Notes under the pieces: model-generated
Told to the model about the DNA's origin: nothing
Seen by the model: only the letters and a program-made list of their open reading frames with translations
Databases searched by the model: none
Origin: Ignavibacteriales bacterium
Lineage (GTDB): Bacteria > Bacteroidota > Ignavibacteria > UBA10030
Length of the DNA stretch: 64,000 bases
Reading direction: 5' to 3'
Assembly (NCBI GenBank): GCA_016192345.1
Contig: JACPUH010000037.1
Location: forward strand, 11,293-75,292
Made by a program: the position numbers and the translations under genes
Part shown: piece by piece, positions 1 to 9,568 of the stretch
How the letters are laid out: the number at the start of each line of letters is the position of its first letter
Numbering within the stretch: position 1 is the stretch's first letter

Positions 1-246
1 CAGAACTATCCCAACCCGTTCAACCCGAGCACGACGATCGAATACAAGGTTCCCGTGGAAGGGCTTGTCCGACTGGCTGTCTATAATGTGTTGGGACAGG
101 AGGTCGCGGTGCTTGTGGATGGAATCGTTCAGCCGGGCCACTACAAGGCCAATTTCAACGCGAGGAACGCCCCCTCTGGTGCCTACTTCTATGTTCTTAC
201 GGCAGGCCAGACAGTCCTGAAAAACAGAATGATCCTGCTGAAATAA
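1..246 (+). CDS. 3' end of a T9SS type-A CTD protein (5' part outside window)
   Basis: Frame from base 1 reads QNYPNPFNPSTTIEY...VYNVLGQEV...SGAYFY...RMILLK*, the Por secretion C-terminal sorting domain. Confidence 0.9.
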   Translation, partial: QNYPNPFNPSTTIEYKVPVEGLVRLAVYNVLGQEVAVLVDGIVQPGHYKANFNARNAPSGAYFYVLTAGQTVLKNRMILLK

Positions 247-310
247 GCTTGCATCGGCGAAGACCCGCGGCCGCATAGAGCGGACGCTTCGGGTGTTCCG
301 GATCATATCG

Positions 311-347
311 ACGAAGCCGACCAGCGCATGGTCGGCTTCGTGTTTTT
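311..347 (+). terminator. Intrinsic terminator
   Basis: 13-bp stem ACGAAGCCGACCA/TGGTCGGCTTCGT followed by GTTTTT, downstream of the first CDS. Confidence 0.65.
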
Positions 348-437
348 CGTGGATCATTCCTTGAAGCTCGGTTGATTCGTCCCCTGGTGACTTTGTGGCA
401 AAAGGTCTTGGCTTGCACATCGTAAGGAAGGAACCTG

Positions 438-1814
438 ATGAAGAAGATCCACTCTCTGATCTGTATTTTCACCCCTCTTGTCTTCCTCCTGCCGATATAC
501 TCGCCTGCGCAGGAGAATCCCCGGTGGATCAAGACCGCGTACACTCCCTCCCCGGCATCCCGGATTAATGACGGATTTTTCCTGACCCCTTCGCTCGGAT
601 GGGTGGTCAACGGCGTCGGACAGATTCATAAAACGACCGACGCCGGCGCGACATGGAGCCGTGTGCTGACCCGGAGCGGCACCCATTTCCGGTCGGTCGG
701 ATTTCTCGATCCACTTCATGGTTGGGCCGGTTGCCTTGGGATCGGAGACCCGAACAATCCCTCATCAACCGATCAGAATATTCTCTACCGCAGCACCGAC
801 GGGGGCACCACGTGGACGCCGGTAACGGCCCTCAGTGGCCCGACGCCTCGTGGGTTCTGTGGGATGCATGTTTTGAATGATACCGTCATCAATGCCGTCG
901 GACGGGTCCGGGGACCCGCCACCTTCTACCGTACGATCGATGCGGGGAACACATGGGAGGCAACGGACATGAGCCCCCACGCGGCCGGTTTGATCGACGT
1001 CTATTTTTTCAGCCCCGATACCGGTATTGCCGTGGGACTGACGAACGCCATCCACGACAACTCGAGTGGCGTCATACTCTTCACATCGGATGCGGGGAAA
1101 ACGTGGGAGAAGAGATTTACGACGACGCGGGTGGGCGAATGGTGCTGGAAGCTCAGTTTTCCCTCCCGCAACGTCGGTTATGTTTCGCTCCAGAGGAATT
1201 CCCTCTCCCCGATATATTTTCTGAAGACGACCGACGGGGGAGCGACCTGGTCCGAGAAGCTTTTCAGGAACGCATGGTACTTCGTTCAGGGAATCGGCTT
1301 TGCCAACGAGTCGGTTGGCTGGATCGGGGGATGGAGCGGTGAGCCGATGTATGAAACACGAAACGGGGGAGAAAGCTGGTCCTCGATCGGCATCGGCCGG
1401 CGGGTCAACCGCTTTCGCATGTTCAACGAATCATCCGGATATGCCGTCGGGGATTCAGTCTACAAGTATGGGCCGCTCACTCCCGTCGGTATCCTCGCCG
1501 ATGCCGCGGAACGGTCCGGACGCTTCGCTGTCGCGCAAAATTTTCCCAATCCGTTCAATCCTTCCACCATCATCCACGTCGATATCCCGGAGGAAGCGTT
1601 TGTGTCGGTGAGGGTGTTCAACATGCTCGGCCAGGAGGTGATCACCCTCATAAACCAGGTGAGATCCCCCGGCGTGTTGGCGGTGGAGTGGGATGGTGTA
1701 AACGAGGAGGGGGAACGACTTCCATCCGGATCGTATCTCTATCATGTTCGGATGCGATCGCTTTCCGGTCACGGGACCTATGGGGAAACGAAGAGGATGG
1801 TGATGGTTCGATAA
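438..1814 (+). CDS. YCF48/BNR-repeat beta-propeller protein with T9SS type-A CTD
   Basis: Signal peptide; repeated Asp-box motifs (KTTDAGATW, STDGGTTW, TSDAGKTW, KTTDGGATW); C-terminal QNFPNPFNPST...SGSYLY...RMVMVR. Confidence 0.85.
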   Translation: MKKIHSLICIFTPLVFLLPIYSPAQENPRWIKTAYTPSPASRINDGFFLTPSLGWVVNGVGQIHKTTDAGATWSRVLTRSGTHFRSVGFLDPLHGWAGCLGIGDPNNPSSTDQNILYRSTDGGTTWTPVTALSGPTPRGFCGMHVLNDTVINAVGRVRGPATFYRTIDAGNTWEATDMSPHAAGLIDVYFFSPDTGIAVGLTNAIHDNSSGVILFTSDAGKTWEKRFTTTRVGEWCWKLSFPSRNVGYVSLQRNSLSPIYFLKTTDGGATWSEKLFRNAWYFVQGIGFANESVGWIGGWSGEPMYETRNGGESWSSIGIGRRVNRFRMFNESSGYAVGDSVYKYGPLTPVGILADAAERSGRFAVAQNFPNPFNPSTIIHVDIPEEAFVSVRVFNMLGQEVITLINQVRSPGVLAVEWDGVNEEGERLPSGSYLYHVRMRSLSGHGTYGETKRMVMVR

Positions 1815-1975
1815 GGAAGTGGACGGGGATAGACGCGCTATTTCCTTCCTGTCAGCCTCAACAAGTCCTTCAAATCGCCTGCGCCGACGATCATGATCAC
1901 AAACGCAGTCCCAAAAAAAAGAAGGGCAGCGACGCCAAAAATACAGAGCCAGATCAATGTGCCGGTCGTCATGGG

Positions 1976-3457
1976 TCACTCCTTTGGGATCAGCACGATG
2001 GGTGGATGAGATCGCTGAGTCGCGAGCGAGCCGAGGATCATGCCAAGGGCGGCAAGGAAAAAACTGAGGAACCCCGACACATTGACGTCGATCAGGAAGT
2101 GCAGGTTCCCGGGGAGGGAATCGCGAAGCTGGCTCAGGATAAGAAATGCAAGCGGAGCGAAGGCGCCGAACCCGAGCGATGAGTAGGCCCCGACAATGTT
2201 GGCCTTCTTCCAATACAGGCCGAACGCGATGCACCCGAACGCGCCCGCCGAATACATCGCTCCCGTGATCGTAATATAGTGAAATGCCGTCGCCGGTAGC
2301 TCATACCAGAGCCCGAAGATCAGCATGAAAACCCCGATCGTCGTTGAGATGATCCTGCTCAACAGCACCGTTTGCTTCTCGGTCAGACCGTTTTTCCTTA
2401 CCGGGGCGATGATGTCCCGCGCGGCAACGGAGCTCCAGGCGAGCAGGTAGGCGCTGTAGGTGGACATCGAGGCGGCCAGCATGCCCGCCACCATCAGTCC
2501 GAGAAACCCGGACGGTACCACGGTTCCCAGCAACTTTGGCATGGCGGTGGTCGGATCGATCCCGGGGCCGAACATCGCCAGCGCAGCGATCCCCCAGAAC
2601 ATCGGGATCATATACCTCCCCCCCAGCGTTAATCCCGCCACGAGAAACAGCTTCCTTCCCACCTCCGGGTTCTCCGAGGCGAACGACTTGGAAGCGACTG
2701 GCTGGTAGAGCGCTGAGGCACCGATGCTCGCAATCAAGTACCAGAGGAGGAAGGTCCACCCGAAGCGGGGATTGGTCACCGGATTGACCCCCTGATCGCC
2801 GTACTGTCGGGTCACGGCCGTCGCGGCCTCGGTCAGGCTTACATGGTTCAGGATGAAAAGGGTCGCGATCAACATGCCGAGCGTCAGAACAACGAATTGC
2901 ATGAAGTCGGTGACGACCACCGAGAACATGCCTCCGAGCACGGTGTAACTCACGACGATGAGAAGCATCAGGATCATCACGGCGGCCAGCACTTCCGGAC
3001 CGAACCCCATGACCTCCGTCAGGAAAATTCCATCCATCCTCAGGAAGATCCCCATGTTCAATACGCCAGCAAGGAACAGGACGATCCCGCCGATGAGCCG
3101 GACTCCCTTTCCGTACCGAAGCTCATAGTATTCCGGGATCGTCATCACGCGGAGCCGCCGGAGCCCGGAGACGATGAAGCCCGTTTTCCCAATGACCAAG
3201 AACCCGATGAAACCGATGATGCCGAGGATGAAGCATGAAAATCCCGTGACATACCCGATCTCGCCCAGATACATGAACGTGACGATCCCGATCTCCGTGG
3301 CGATCAGCGTTGCCGACCCGAGGGCGACCTTCACGCGCCGGCCCGCGACGAAGTATCCCTCCATGTTCTCGACGTACTTCCTGGCCCAGAGCCCGACAGA
3401 GACCGTGAAGCCGAGATAGAAGAACAGGATGATCCAATCCAACACTTGAAAATTCAT
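1976..3457 (-). CDS. Sodium:solute symporter (SSS) family transporter
   Basis: About 13 hydrophobic segments; YFVAGR, TIPEYYELRYG, GGMFSVVVTDFMQ and AASMST motifs. Confidence 0.9.
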   Translation of the reverse strand: MNFQVLDWIILFFYLGFTVSVGLWARKYVENMEGYFVAGRRVKVALGSATLIATEIGIVTFMYLGEIGYVTGFSCFILGIIGFIGFLVIGKTGFIVSGLRRLRVMTIPEYYELRYGKGVRLIGGIVLFLAGVLNMGIFLRMDGIFLTEVMGFGPEVLAAVMILMLLIVVSYTVLGGMFSVVVTDFMQFVVLTLGMLIATLFILNHVSLTEAATAVTRQYGDQGVNPVTNPRFGWTFLLWYLIASIGASALYQPVASKSFASENPEVGRKLFLVAGLTLGGRYMIPMFWGIAALAMFGPGIDPTTAMPKLLGTVVPSGFLGLMVAGMLAASMSTYSAYLLAWSSVAARDIIAPVRKNGLTEKQTVLLSRIISTTIGVFMLIFGLWYELPATAFHYITITGAMYSAGAFGCIAFGLYWKKANIVGAYSSLGFGAFAPLAFLILSQLRDSLPGNLHFLIDVNVSGFLSFFLAALGMILGSLATQRSHPPIVLIPKE

Positions 3458-3479
3458 ACCGTGTGCCGCAGGCTTTAAG

Positions 3480-3513
3480 TTTCTCTTGGTGAGGATTCGT
3501 GCAGATTCGTGGG
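3480..3513. repeat. Intergenic repeat family B, copy 1
   Basis: TTTCTCTTGGTGAGGATTCGTGCAGATTCGTGGG, 29/34 identical to 28895-28928. Confidence 0.6.
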
Positions 3514-4743
3514 TTATTCTTTATAGAAAAGGTACCGGGAGCGGATCTCCCCGAAGCGTTCGAGTTCCGGAATCCATGAATCGCAGATCGCCTCGTGCGG
3601 GGCGTTGCGATCGAGCAGTTGACGGATCGACGAAGACCCTGTCAGGATGTCGAACCGTCGATGCCGGAACTCCGTTTCCTTCGGATGTGCGCGCTTGAAT
3701 GCCGCGAGGACGGCAATTCCCAGGCAGACGGGACGGACTTCATTTCGGTCGAGCGTGGTAAGGCGAATTCCACGGCATTTCTCCCCCTCATATTTGGGCT
3801 GGCTTGCCATCCCAGGAATTTCCTGCGGGACAAATCGCTCTGCGCTGAATGTCACGCCGGCCGTTTGGCATCCGGCCAACTCTTTGAGCACCTTCTCCGG
3901 GTCGACCCACGGTGCCCCGATCAACTGAAAGGGGGATAACGTCCCACGCCCCTCGGAAAGAGAGGTTCCTTCAACGAAACAAAGTCCCGGATACACCACA
4001 GCCGTATCGAGAGACTGCATATTGGGGGACGGGGCGATCCAGGGAAGCCCTGTCTCGTCGAACCACATCGAGCGTCGCCAGCCGTCCACCGGAACCACCT
4101 CCAGATCTGTCTTGAGATCCGTCGAGTGCCCGAACGAATGTTCTCCGATCCATCCCTCTTCATTCCAGAGCCGCGCCAGTTCCCCGATCGTCATCCCGTG
4201 CGTCACGGGAATGGGCATCCAGCCGACGAACGATTTCAACGGCTGTGTGCGGATGGGTCCGTCGAAGTGCAGGCCGCGGATCGGGTTGGGCCGGTCGAGG
4301 ATCACGAACGGTATCCCCTGTTCCGCAGCCGCCTCCATCATCAACGCTATCGTGGAAATGAAGGTGTAGAATCGCGCGCCGACGTCCTGGATATCGCACA
4401 CCAGCACGTCGATCCCTTCAAGCATCGCGCGGGTCGGCTTATGGATCTTCCCATAGAGGGAAAAGATCGGTACCCCGAGGTCGGGGTGGTCGATATGGTC
4501 GACGACCTTTCCATCCGGCGTATCGCCTGCGATCCCATGTTCCGGCCCGTACAGCGCCTTGATCGTGCAGAGCCCCGATTCCGCCACGACGTCGATGAGA
4601 AGGCGCCCGTCGGACAACCGCCCCGTATGGTTGGTGAGGATGCCGATGCGTTTGTTCCGGATGAGCTCCGGGGTATCGGACAGAAGGCGGTCGGCCCCCG
4701 TCCGGACAATGGTTGTTTGTTCCGAGACCGCTGGATTCTTCAT
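3514..4743 (-). CDS. namZ: Exo-beta-N-acetylmuramidase NamZ (DUF1343/YbbC)
   Basis: GILTNHTG, YGPEHG, DIQDVGARFYTF, LDRPNP, HGMTIGELA, PSPNM and SEGRGT motifs; no obvious signal peptide. Confidence 0.9.
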   Translation of the reverse strand: MKNPAVSEQTTIVRTGADRLLSDTPELIRNKRIGILTNHTGRLSDGRLLIDVVAESGLCTIKALYGPEHGIAGDTPDGKVVDHIDHPDLGVPIFSLYGKIHKPTRAMLEGIDVLVCDIQDVGARFYTFISTIALMMEAAAEQGIPFVILDRPNPIRGLHFDGPIRTQPLKSFVGWMPIPVTHGMTIGELARLWNEEGWIGEHSFGHSTDLKTDLEVVPVDGWRRSMWFDETGLPWIAPSPNMQSLDTAVVYPGLCFVEGTSLSEGRGTLSPFQLIGAPWVDPEKVLKELAGCQTAGVTFSAERFVPQEIPGMASQPKYEGEKCRGIRLTTLDRNEVRPVCLGIAVLAAFKRAHPKETEFRHRRFDILTGSSSIRQLLDRNAPHEAICDSWIPELERFGEIRSRYLFYKE

Positions 4744-4744
4744 A

Positions 4745-5845
4745 TCAGACTTTGAGGTAAAGCTTTCGTCGGTGCATCCAGTAACAAAGCAGCCACCCGA
4801 CCAGGATGATCAAGGTGGAGTAGAGAAGGGAGCCGACAGTCGGCCCCGTGACGGCGGAAAAGGACCGGTAGAAATACCCGGTGAGCGAAGTTGTGGAACC
4901 GTCCCACGGGACTTTCCATGAAAGCATCACCCATCGGACGAACAATCCCGTCGCGACGTACACCGTAATGGCGTTCATGCCGTATACGACAAACGGGAAT
5001 CCGACGCGATGCAGTTGCCGTACTTCGATTACCCAGTAGAAAAGGAAGAACACGGCACATGCCCAACCCGCGGTATAGACCGCAAAGGAGGAGGACCAGA
5101 GGATCTTATTGAGGGGGACGATCGTATCCCATGCCAGGCCCAACACGATCCCTGCTATGCCGGCCAGACCAAAGGTATTCAGCAACACTGACGGACTGGT
5201 CTTCGGCATGAGGAACCGTCCTGCGTGTACGCCGAAGAGGACGCTGGAGAGTCCGGGGATCATGCTGATGATGGTTTCCTTATCCTCCGGGGCGAGAATG
5301 AAACTGTCAAGGTATTGCGCAGCGTTCACGTCCCTTTCGAACGATCCCTGGATGATGCCGGGCCCGCTCACGAATGCCAGGATGCCCCACCAAAGAAAAA
5401 GGGCCGAGACGGCGATGGTTGCCTGCCAGCCGCTCCGCAGACGCAGGAGCAGGAATGTGGCAAAATACAGGATGCCGATGCGCTGGAGAATTCCGAAGTG
5501 GAGTACCGGTTCGTTGAGGGAGGTGGATTTCAGGAACGCGCCCAGCAGGTACAGCAACAACGCCCGGCGGGCGGCAATGACGACGCTTTTCCAGAACGGG
5601 AATCCCTGTTCACGCTTCCTCGCGTCGCTGAAGGGCATCGCCATGCCAACGGCAAAGAGAAAGAAAGGGAAGATGAGGTCCGCGAAGGTGCACCCGTGCC
5701 ATTCGGCGTGTAGCAGGAGCCGCGGGACTATCGCCGGATCCCACGTCCCCGGATTGTTTACCAGGAGCATGCCCGCGATGGCAAACCCGCGGAAGGCATC
5801 GAGGGAGGTAAGTCGCTCAGAGGCTATGGAGGCTGGATTGCTCAC
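4745..5845 (-). CDS. Heparan-alpha-glucosaminide N-acetyltransferase-like (NagX/DUF5009-type) membrane protein
   Basis: RLTSLDAFRG, MLLVNNPG, HAEWHGCTFADLIFPFFLFAVGMA, GILQRI, PLNKILWSSSF and GMNAI motifs. Confidence 0.88.
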   Translation of the reverse strand: MSNPASIASERLTSLDAFRGFAIAGMLLVNNPGTWDPAIVPRLLLHAEWHGCTFADLIFPFFLFAVGMAMPFSDARKREQGFPFWKSVVIAARRALLLYLLGAFLKSTSLNEPVLHFGILQRIGILYFATFLLLRLRSGWQATIAVSALFLWWGILAFVSGPGIIQGSFERDVNAAQYLDSFILAPEDKETIISMIPGLSSVLFGVHAGRFLMPKTSPSVLLNTFGLAGIAGIVLGLAWDTIVPLNKILWSSSFAVYTAGWACAVFFLFYWVIEVRQLHRVGFPFVVYGMNAITVYVATGLFVRWVMLSWKVPWDGSTTSLTGYFYRSFSAVTGPTVGSLLYSTLIILVGWLLCYWMHRRKLYLKV

Positions 5846-7629
5846 GGGCGTGGAGAGAAAACCTCCAACTCCCGGATTGCATAGGGGGAACCTCCTCGTG
5901 GCCCTGTTGTCCCCTTCACCCCCTTGAAACGAAGGAAGCGTGTCTTGACCGGCGGGACGATCTCATGGTGCTCGACGCCCCCCGTTCCTCCACGCACTTC
6001 ACGGATCGCTCTCCATGTTGTCCCGTCCTGTGAGACCTGCAACTGGTAGTCCGTTCCATGGTTCTCGCCCCAAAGAATTCTGACGAGTCCGATCTCCTCG
6101 GATCGTTTCCATGAGAGTTGCAGCCAGTCGGGGTCCGCTTCGTCCTTTGTCATTTTCACCCCAGCGCGCCATCGTGTGTCGGTGTTGCCATCGATCGCCG
6201 ATGACGGAGTGAACGTTCCGGGTCCCCACAGGGCATTCAAAGGGCTGAAGGAGGAGGCCGTAGCAATTGCTCCGCGTGCAAGATTGGGAGAGGGAAGGAG
6301 GGAGTCCCGCTCAAGAAGGCGAACCATCATCAAAGCATAGGGCGGGACCTTCACGTCAAATTGCGCAGCGGGAATGGAAAGGTCGGGCAATCGCTCATTC
6401 TGCCGTTTCTCATCGAGTATCCAGGCTTCCGCCTTTGGATGCGGGTTGAAATGGCTCAACGCAATTTCAACGGGGATCGTTGCTCTTCTTTGTTTGTTGA
6501 TCAGGGCGAGTGTCAGTGTTTTCCCGGTGCGGCTTGCGTAGACCGAAACCGGGCCATTGGCGCCGGTGACCCGGAGGACCTCGCTTCCGAAAAGATTGAC
6601 AAACATGGGAAAGACGAAATAGGTGAACCGCGGAGTGTTGCGTCCATCGGAGGAGAGATAGCCAAAGTCCCCACCGCGCGGTGGATATTGATTATGCAGA
6701 GCCCAGAGGCAGCCGATATCGGTCCCGAGTTCCGCCATGGTGCCGAGCATGTCGGCCACCCAAAGGGCGTTGACAAGCTGTATCGTTTGCGGCCCTGGAC
6801 CTGTGTTGACCGAGTTGTACCCCACGTTGATCGTGAGAAGCTGTTTCGCTTTTTCCGGCCCTACAACCCGTTCGACCTCATCAACAAGCTGTTGGTGTAA
6901 CGCGCGAAAGGAACTGGTGGTTGCGAAAAGCGAGTCGTCGTTTTCCTTTCCCCCGTTTTGGGGAAAGTAGGTGTAGGTGAGCATATCGACATATTCGCCG
7001 GCGGCCCGCAGCACACGCTCCGTCCAGTTTTCCGGATGTGAACCAAGCGGCACGTTCGTCGCCACTTTGATCGTTGGATCGACGGACTTCATCGCTTTCA
7101 CAAACGAAATGTACTTTTTCGCATATTCCTCGGGGGGTGCATGCCCCTTTGCCCACCATCCCCATTGTTCATCCCCCACCTCCCAGAGTTTCACGCCGTA
7201 ACCCCGTTGGAGATTGCAGTATTGAACCCAGTCGGCGGCGAGCTCGGGAGATTCGTTGAAGTTGATGGTGATGAACGGCTCCGCCCCGGTTTCCCGGCAG
7301 AAGGCGATGTACTCGTCGGTGTCCATCTCGGTCGCGGGATTGTCGGGAGAATTCCACACATACCGGTCGGCCTGGTTCCCGCCGGGGTATTTGAGAAGCG
7401 TTGTCCCGGAAGCCTTGATTTTCGCGATCGCGTCCCGATCGGAGGTCAGAAGTATCTCCCCGGAGCGGCCGGGGAACAGCGATTCGTCCCAGTTGGCGGT
7501 GTTGATGCCGTAGAGCCATGGATTGATCGGCCTGACGGGTCTGGCCGCGTCCACCTCCACATGGACTGTCTGGGCGATCGTCGTAGAGACAGAGAGCAGG
7601 AAAAAGAGCGAGAGAGAGATGTTTTTCAT
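5842..7629 (-). CDS. Secreted clan-A-like glycoside hydrolase (GH51/GH79/GH44-like fold) with C-terminal F5/8 type C (CBM32-like) domain; catalytic residues atypical
   Basis: Signal peptide; INPWLYGIN, KYPGG..AD.Y.W, PFITIN..AADWV, WEVGDE; tail NLA..A.ASS..AIDGNTDTRW..WLQL..VSQDG..W..ELEV. Confidence 0.75.
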   Translation of the reverse strand: MKNISLSLFFLLSVSTTIAQTVHVEVDAARPVRPINPWLYGINTANWDESLFPGRSGEILLTSDRDAIAKIKASGTTLLKYPGGNQADRYVWNSPDNPATEMDTDEYIAFCRETGAEPFITINFNESPELAADWVQYCNLQRGYGVKLWEVGDEQWGWWAKGHAPPEEYAKKYISFVKAMKSVDPTIKVATNVPLGSHPENWTERVLRAAGEYVDMLTYTYFPQNGGKENDDSLFATTSSFRALHQQLVDEVERVVGPEKAKQLLTINVGYNSVNTGPGPQTIQLVNALWVADMLGTMAELGTDIGCLWALHNQYPPRGGDFGYLSSDGRNTPRFTYFVFPMFVNLFGSEVLRVTGANGPVSVYASRTGKTLTLALINKQRRATIPVEIALSHFNPHPKAEAWILDEKRQNERLPDLSIPAAQFDVKVPPYALMMVRLLERDSLLPSPNLARGAIATASSFSPLNALWGPGTFTPSSAIDGNTDTRWRAGVKMTKDEADPDWLQLSWKRSEEIGLVRILWGENHGTDYQLQVSQDGTTWRAIREVRGGTGGVEHHEIVPPVKTRFLRFKGVKGTTGPRGGSPYAIRELEVFSPRP

Positions 7630-7691
7630 GATGAGACCTGTACTACAGAGATATCAATATCATGATCAAAACCCTGGGTATGGTGGATTTG

Positions 7692-7799
7692 ATAATGTCA
7701 CCCCTTCGGGGTTGGCTCTCATACTATTGTCGAATGCTACCACAATTTCATCCCTTCGGGATTGGCTAACCCCCGAAAAAAACCCGAAGGGTTGAAATC
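7692..7799. repeat. REP-like cluster (CCCTTCGGG core): two direct copies and one inverted copy
   Basis: ATAATGTCACCCCTTCGGGGTTGGCT (7692-7717), ACAATTTCATCCCTTCGGGATTGGCT (7742-7767), inverted AACCCGAAGGGTTGAAATC (7781-7799). Confidence 0.7.
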
Positions 7800-7858
7800 G
7801 AATATGACCATGAAATTATTCAGGACTGCTGTACCATCATCGTTCGTGGCGGAGGAGT

Positions 7859-8791
7859 TCAATCAAAGGATTTCTTCATGATTTCGTGCCGGCGGAGGAC
7901 CTTGAGTCCTACCTTGTGATAGAAATCTTTTGCGCGTCCGGTTGTCCACGCGAGCCACAGGTTGTATTTCCCCTTCTTGCGCATTTGTTCCACCGTGTGG
8001 TAGTAGAGCATGGGTCCAAGACCCCGGCCGGCGTACGCCTCATCGATCCCGAAAGGACCGAACCGCTCATCCATGAAATGACTGAACCCCACGACATCGT
8101 GGTCCTTGAGTGCGACGAGAATCTCGTCGCACTCGGGGTTTTCCTTCAAGCGTTCCAGCGCGACGCGGAACAGGTCGCCCGGATAGTTTCTCCTGAGGAA
8201 TTCCAGGAGGCGCAAGGTGAGGGATGGGTGAAATACCTCGACCCGAAGGCCGGCCTTTTCCAGCTGGCGGAATCGTTCGTTCATCTCTTCGGGGATGGAG
8301 AAATCCATCAAGGGGCGTCCCATGCTGTAGACGCTCTGGTGCTTCGCATAACCGCATGTTTTGAGGAACGCATGCCCGTCCGCATAGGCATCGAGGTCGA
8401 CCCCGGGAATGAAATAGTTGGGGGTGTAATCCGACACATGGATTTCCCGAATCCCTTCCTTGCAAAGAAATGCCTCTGCCTGGCGCACCATGGTGGTGGC
8501 GATATCCTGCCGGCGCCATTCGGGATGGACGAAGAATGCGGTGATCCACCCCCGCCCAGGTTCCAGCCCGACATCGAAATACGGGTATCGTCTGCTCAGG
8601 CTGAGCAGGAATCCGACCGGCCTATCGTCCCCGACCGCCACCAGGCACCCGCGTTGGTCAAAATTCGGGTCCAGGATGATCTTTCGGCGGAAGGCGTTGG
8701 TGCTGATTTCATCGCGGGGGAGGCACATATTCCATAACTCGACAACACGCTCCTCATCCTCTGCATCATAAGGACGGATGGTATAAGCCAT
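7859..8791 (-). CDS. Tandem GNAT N-acetyltransferase (GlmA/MshD-like two-domain)
   Basis: Two acetyl-CoA motif-A regions (VHPEWRRQDIA; GIDEAYAGRGLG), linker YTPNYFIPGVD, FYHKVG. Confidence 0.88.
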   Translation of the reverse strand: MAYTIRPYDAEDEERVVELWNMCLPRDEISTNAFRRKIILDPNFDQRGCLVAVGDDRPVGFLLSLSRRYPYFDVGLEPGRGWITAFFVHPEWRRQDIATTMVRQAEAFLCKEGIREIHVSDYTPNYFIPGVDLDAYADGHAFLKTCGYAKHQSVYSMGRPLMDFSIPEEMNERFRQLEKAGLRVEVFHPSLTLRLLEFLRRNYPGDLFRVALERLKENPECDEILVALKDHDVVGFSHFMDERFGPFGIDEAYAGRGLGPMLYYHTVEQMRKKGKYNLWLAWTTGRAKDFYHKVGLKVLRRHEIMKKSFD

Positions 8792-8857
8792 GGGAATGCT
8801 CTCTTTCTTTTGGGGCGCTCCTCTGCGGGGCGCCGGCCGGTCCGGGACTAAAGACCG

Positions 8858-9562
8858 TTACGGCAGTACATCGACGACGCGCTTTTTTTCGAACGGGTCG
8901 ATATCGAACGAAACGGCATACCGGACACCCGCTTCAGCGCCACGAACACGCGCAAGCGCTTCGTAGTAATCGAGATACGGAAAGGAGGAGATCTCTCCCT
9001 TGATGAATTCATACTGCGTGACGCACTCTTTCCACCGGGCCAGTTCCTTGCCGACATCGACATAGAGGTACGGCTTGAAGCCCTCGGGGTCTTCCCAGTT
9101 CTCGGTGTAGTAGATCCCCTTGATGCCCCGATGGCGCGGCAACGTGCTGACAACCCCCTCCAGCGAAGCAAGAAGGATCGCATCGTTCACGATGGCGTGG
9201 GTGTTCGCGTGGTCCTTGTGAATGCTCGTTCTCCAGTGCGTCACGATCCGGGTTGGTTGAACCTTGCGGATGACGTCCATCACGTAACGCCGCGTCCCCT
9301 CGTCGTTCGGCAACTCGCCGTCCTTGTACGGGGCGAACAAGGCTTCTCCTCCAATCACATCCGAGGCGGCGAGCGCCTCGCGGCGCTTCTGCTCACCGTA
9401 GGCTTGCGGGGAGAGTTTTGGATTCCCCCCCTCGCCGAGGGTAAGATGGAGGAGGACCACCCGGTCGCCGGCGGTCCGGTGCTTGAGAAGGACAGCGCCG
9501 CACGTGACTTCGATATCGCCGCAGTGAGCACCGATGGCAAGGATAGTGTTCTGTGGTTCCAT
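8858..9562 (-). CDS. PIG-L/LmbE family deacetylase
   Basis: AIGAHCGD, HLTLGEGG, RREA..A..VIG, DGEL, VTHW...HKDH. Confidence 0.88.
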   Translation of the reverse strand: MEPQNTILAIGAHCGDIEVTCGAVLLKHRTAGDRVVLLHLTLGEGGNPKLSPQAYGEQKRREALAASDVIGGEALFAPYKDGELPNDEGTRRYVMDVIRKVQPTRIVTHWRTSIHKDHANTHAIVNDAILLASLEGVVSTLPRHRGIKGIYYTENWEDPEGFKPYLYVDVGKELARWKECVTQYEFIKGEISSFPYLDYYEALARVRGAEAGVRYAVSFDIDPFEKKRVVDVLP

Positions 9563-9568
9563 AGGCTG

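Noticed and set aside
7692-7799. Possible CRISPR array with palindromic repeats
   Set aside because: Two degenerate direct copies plus an inverted copy fit a REP/BIME pattern, not CRISPR
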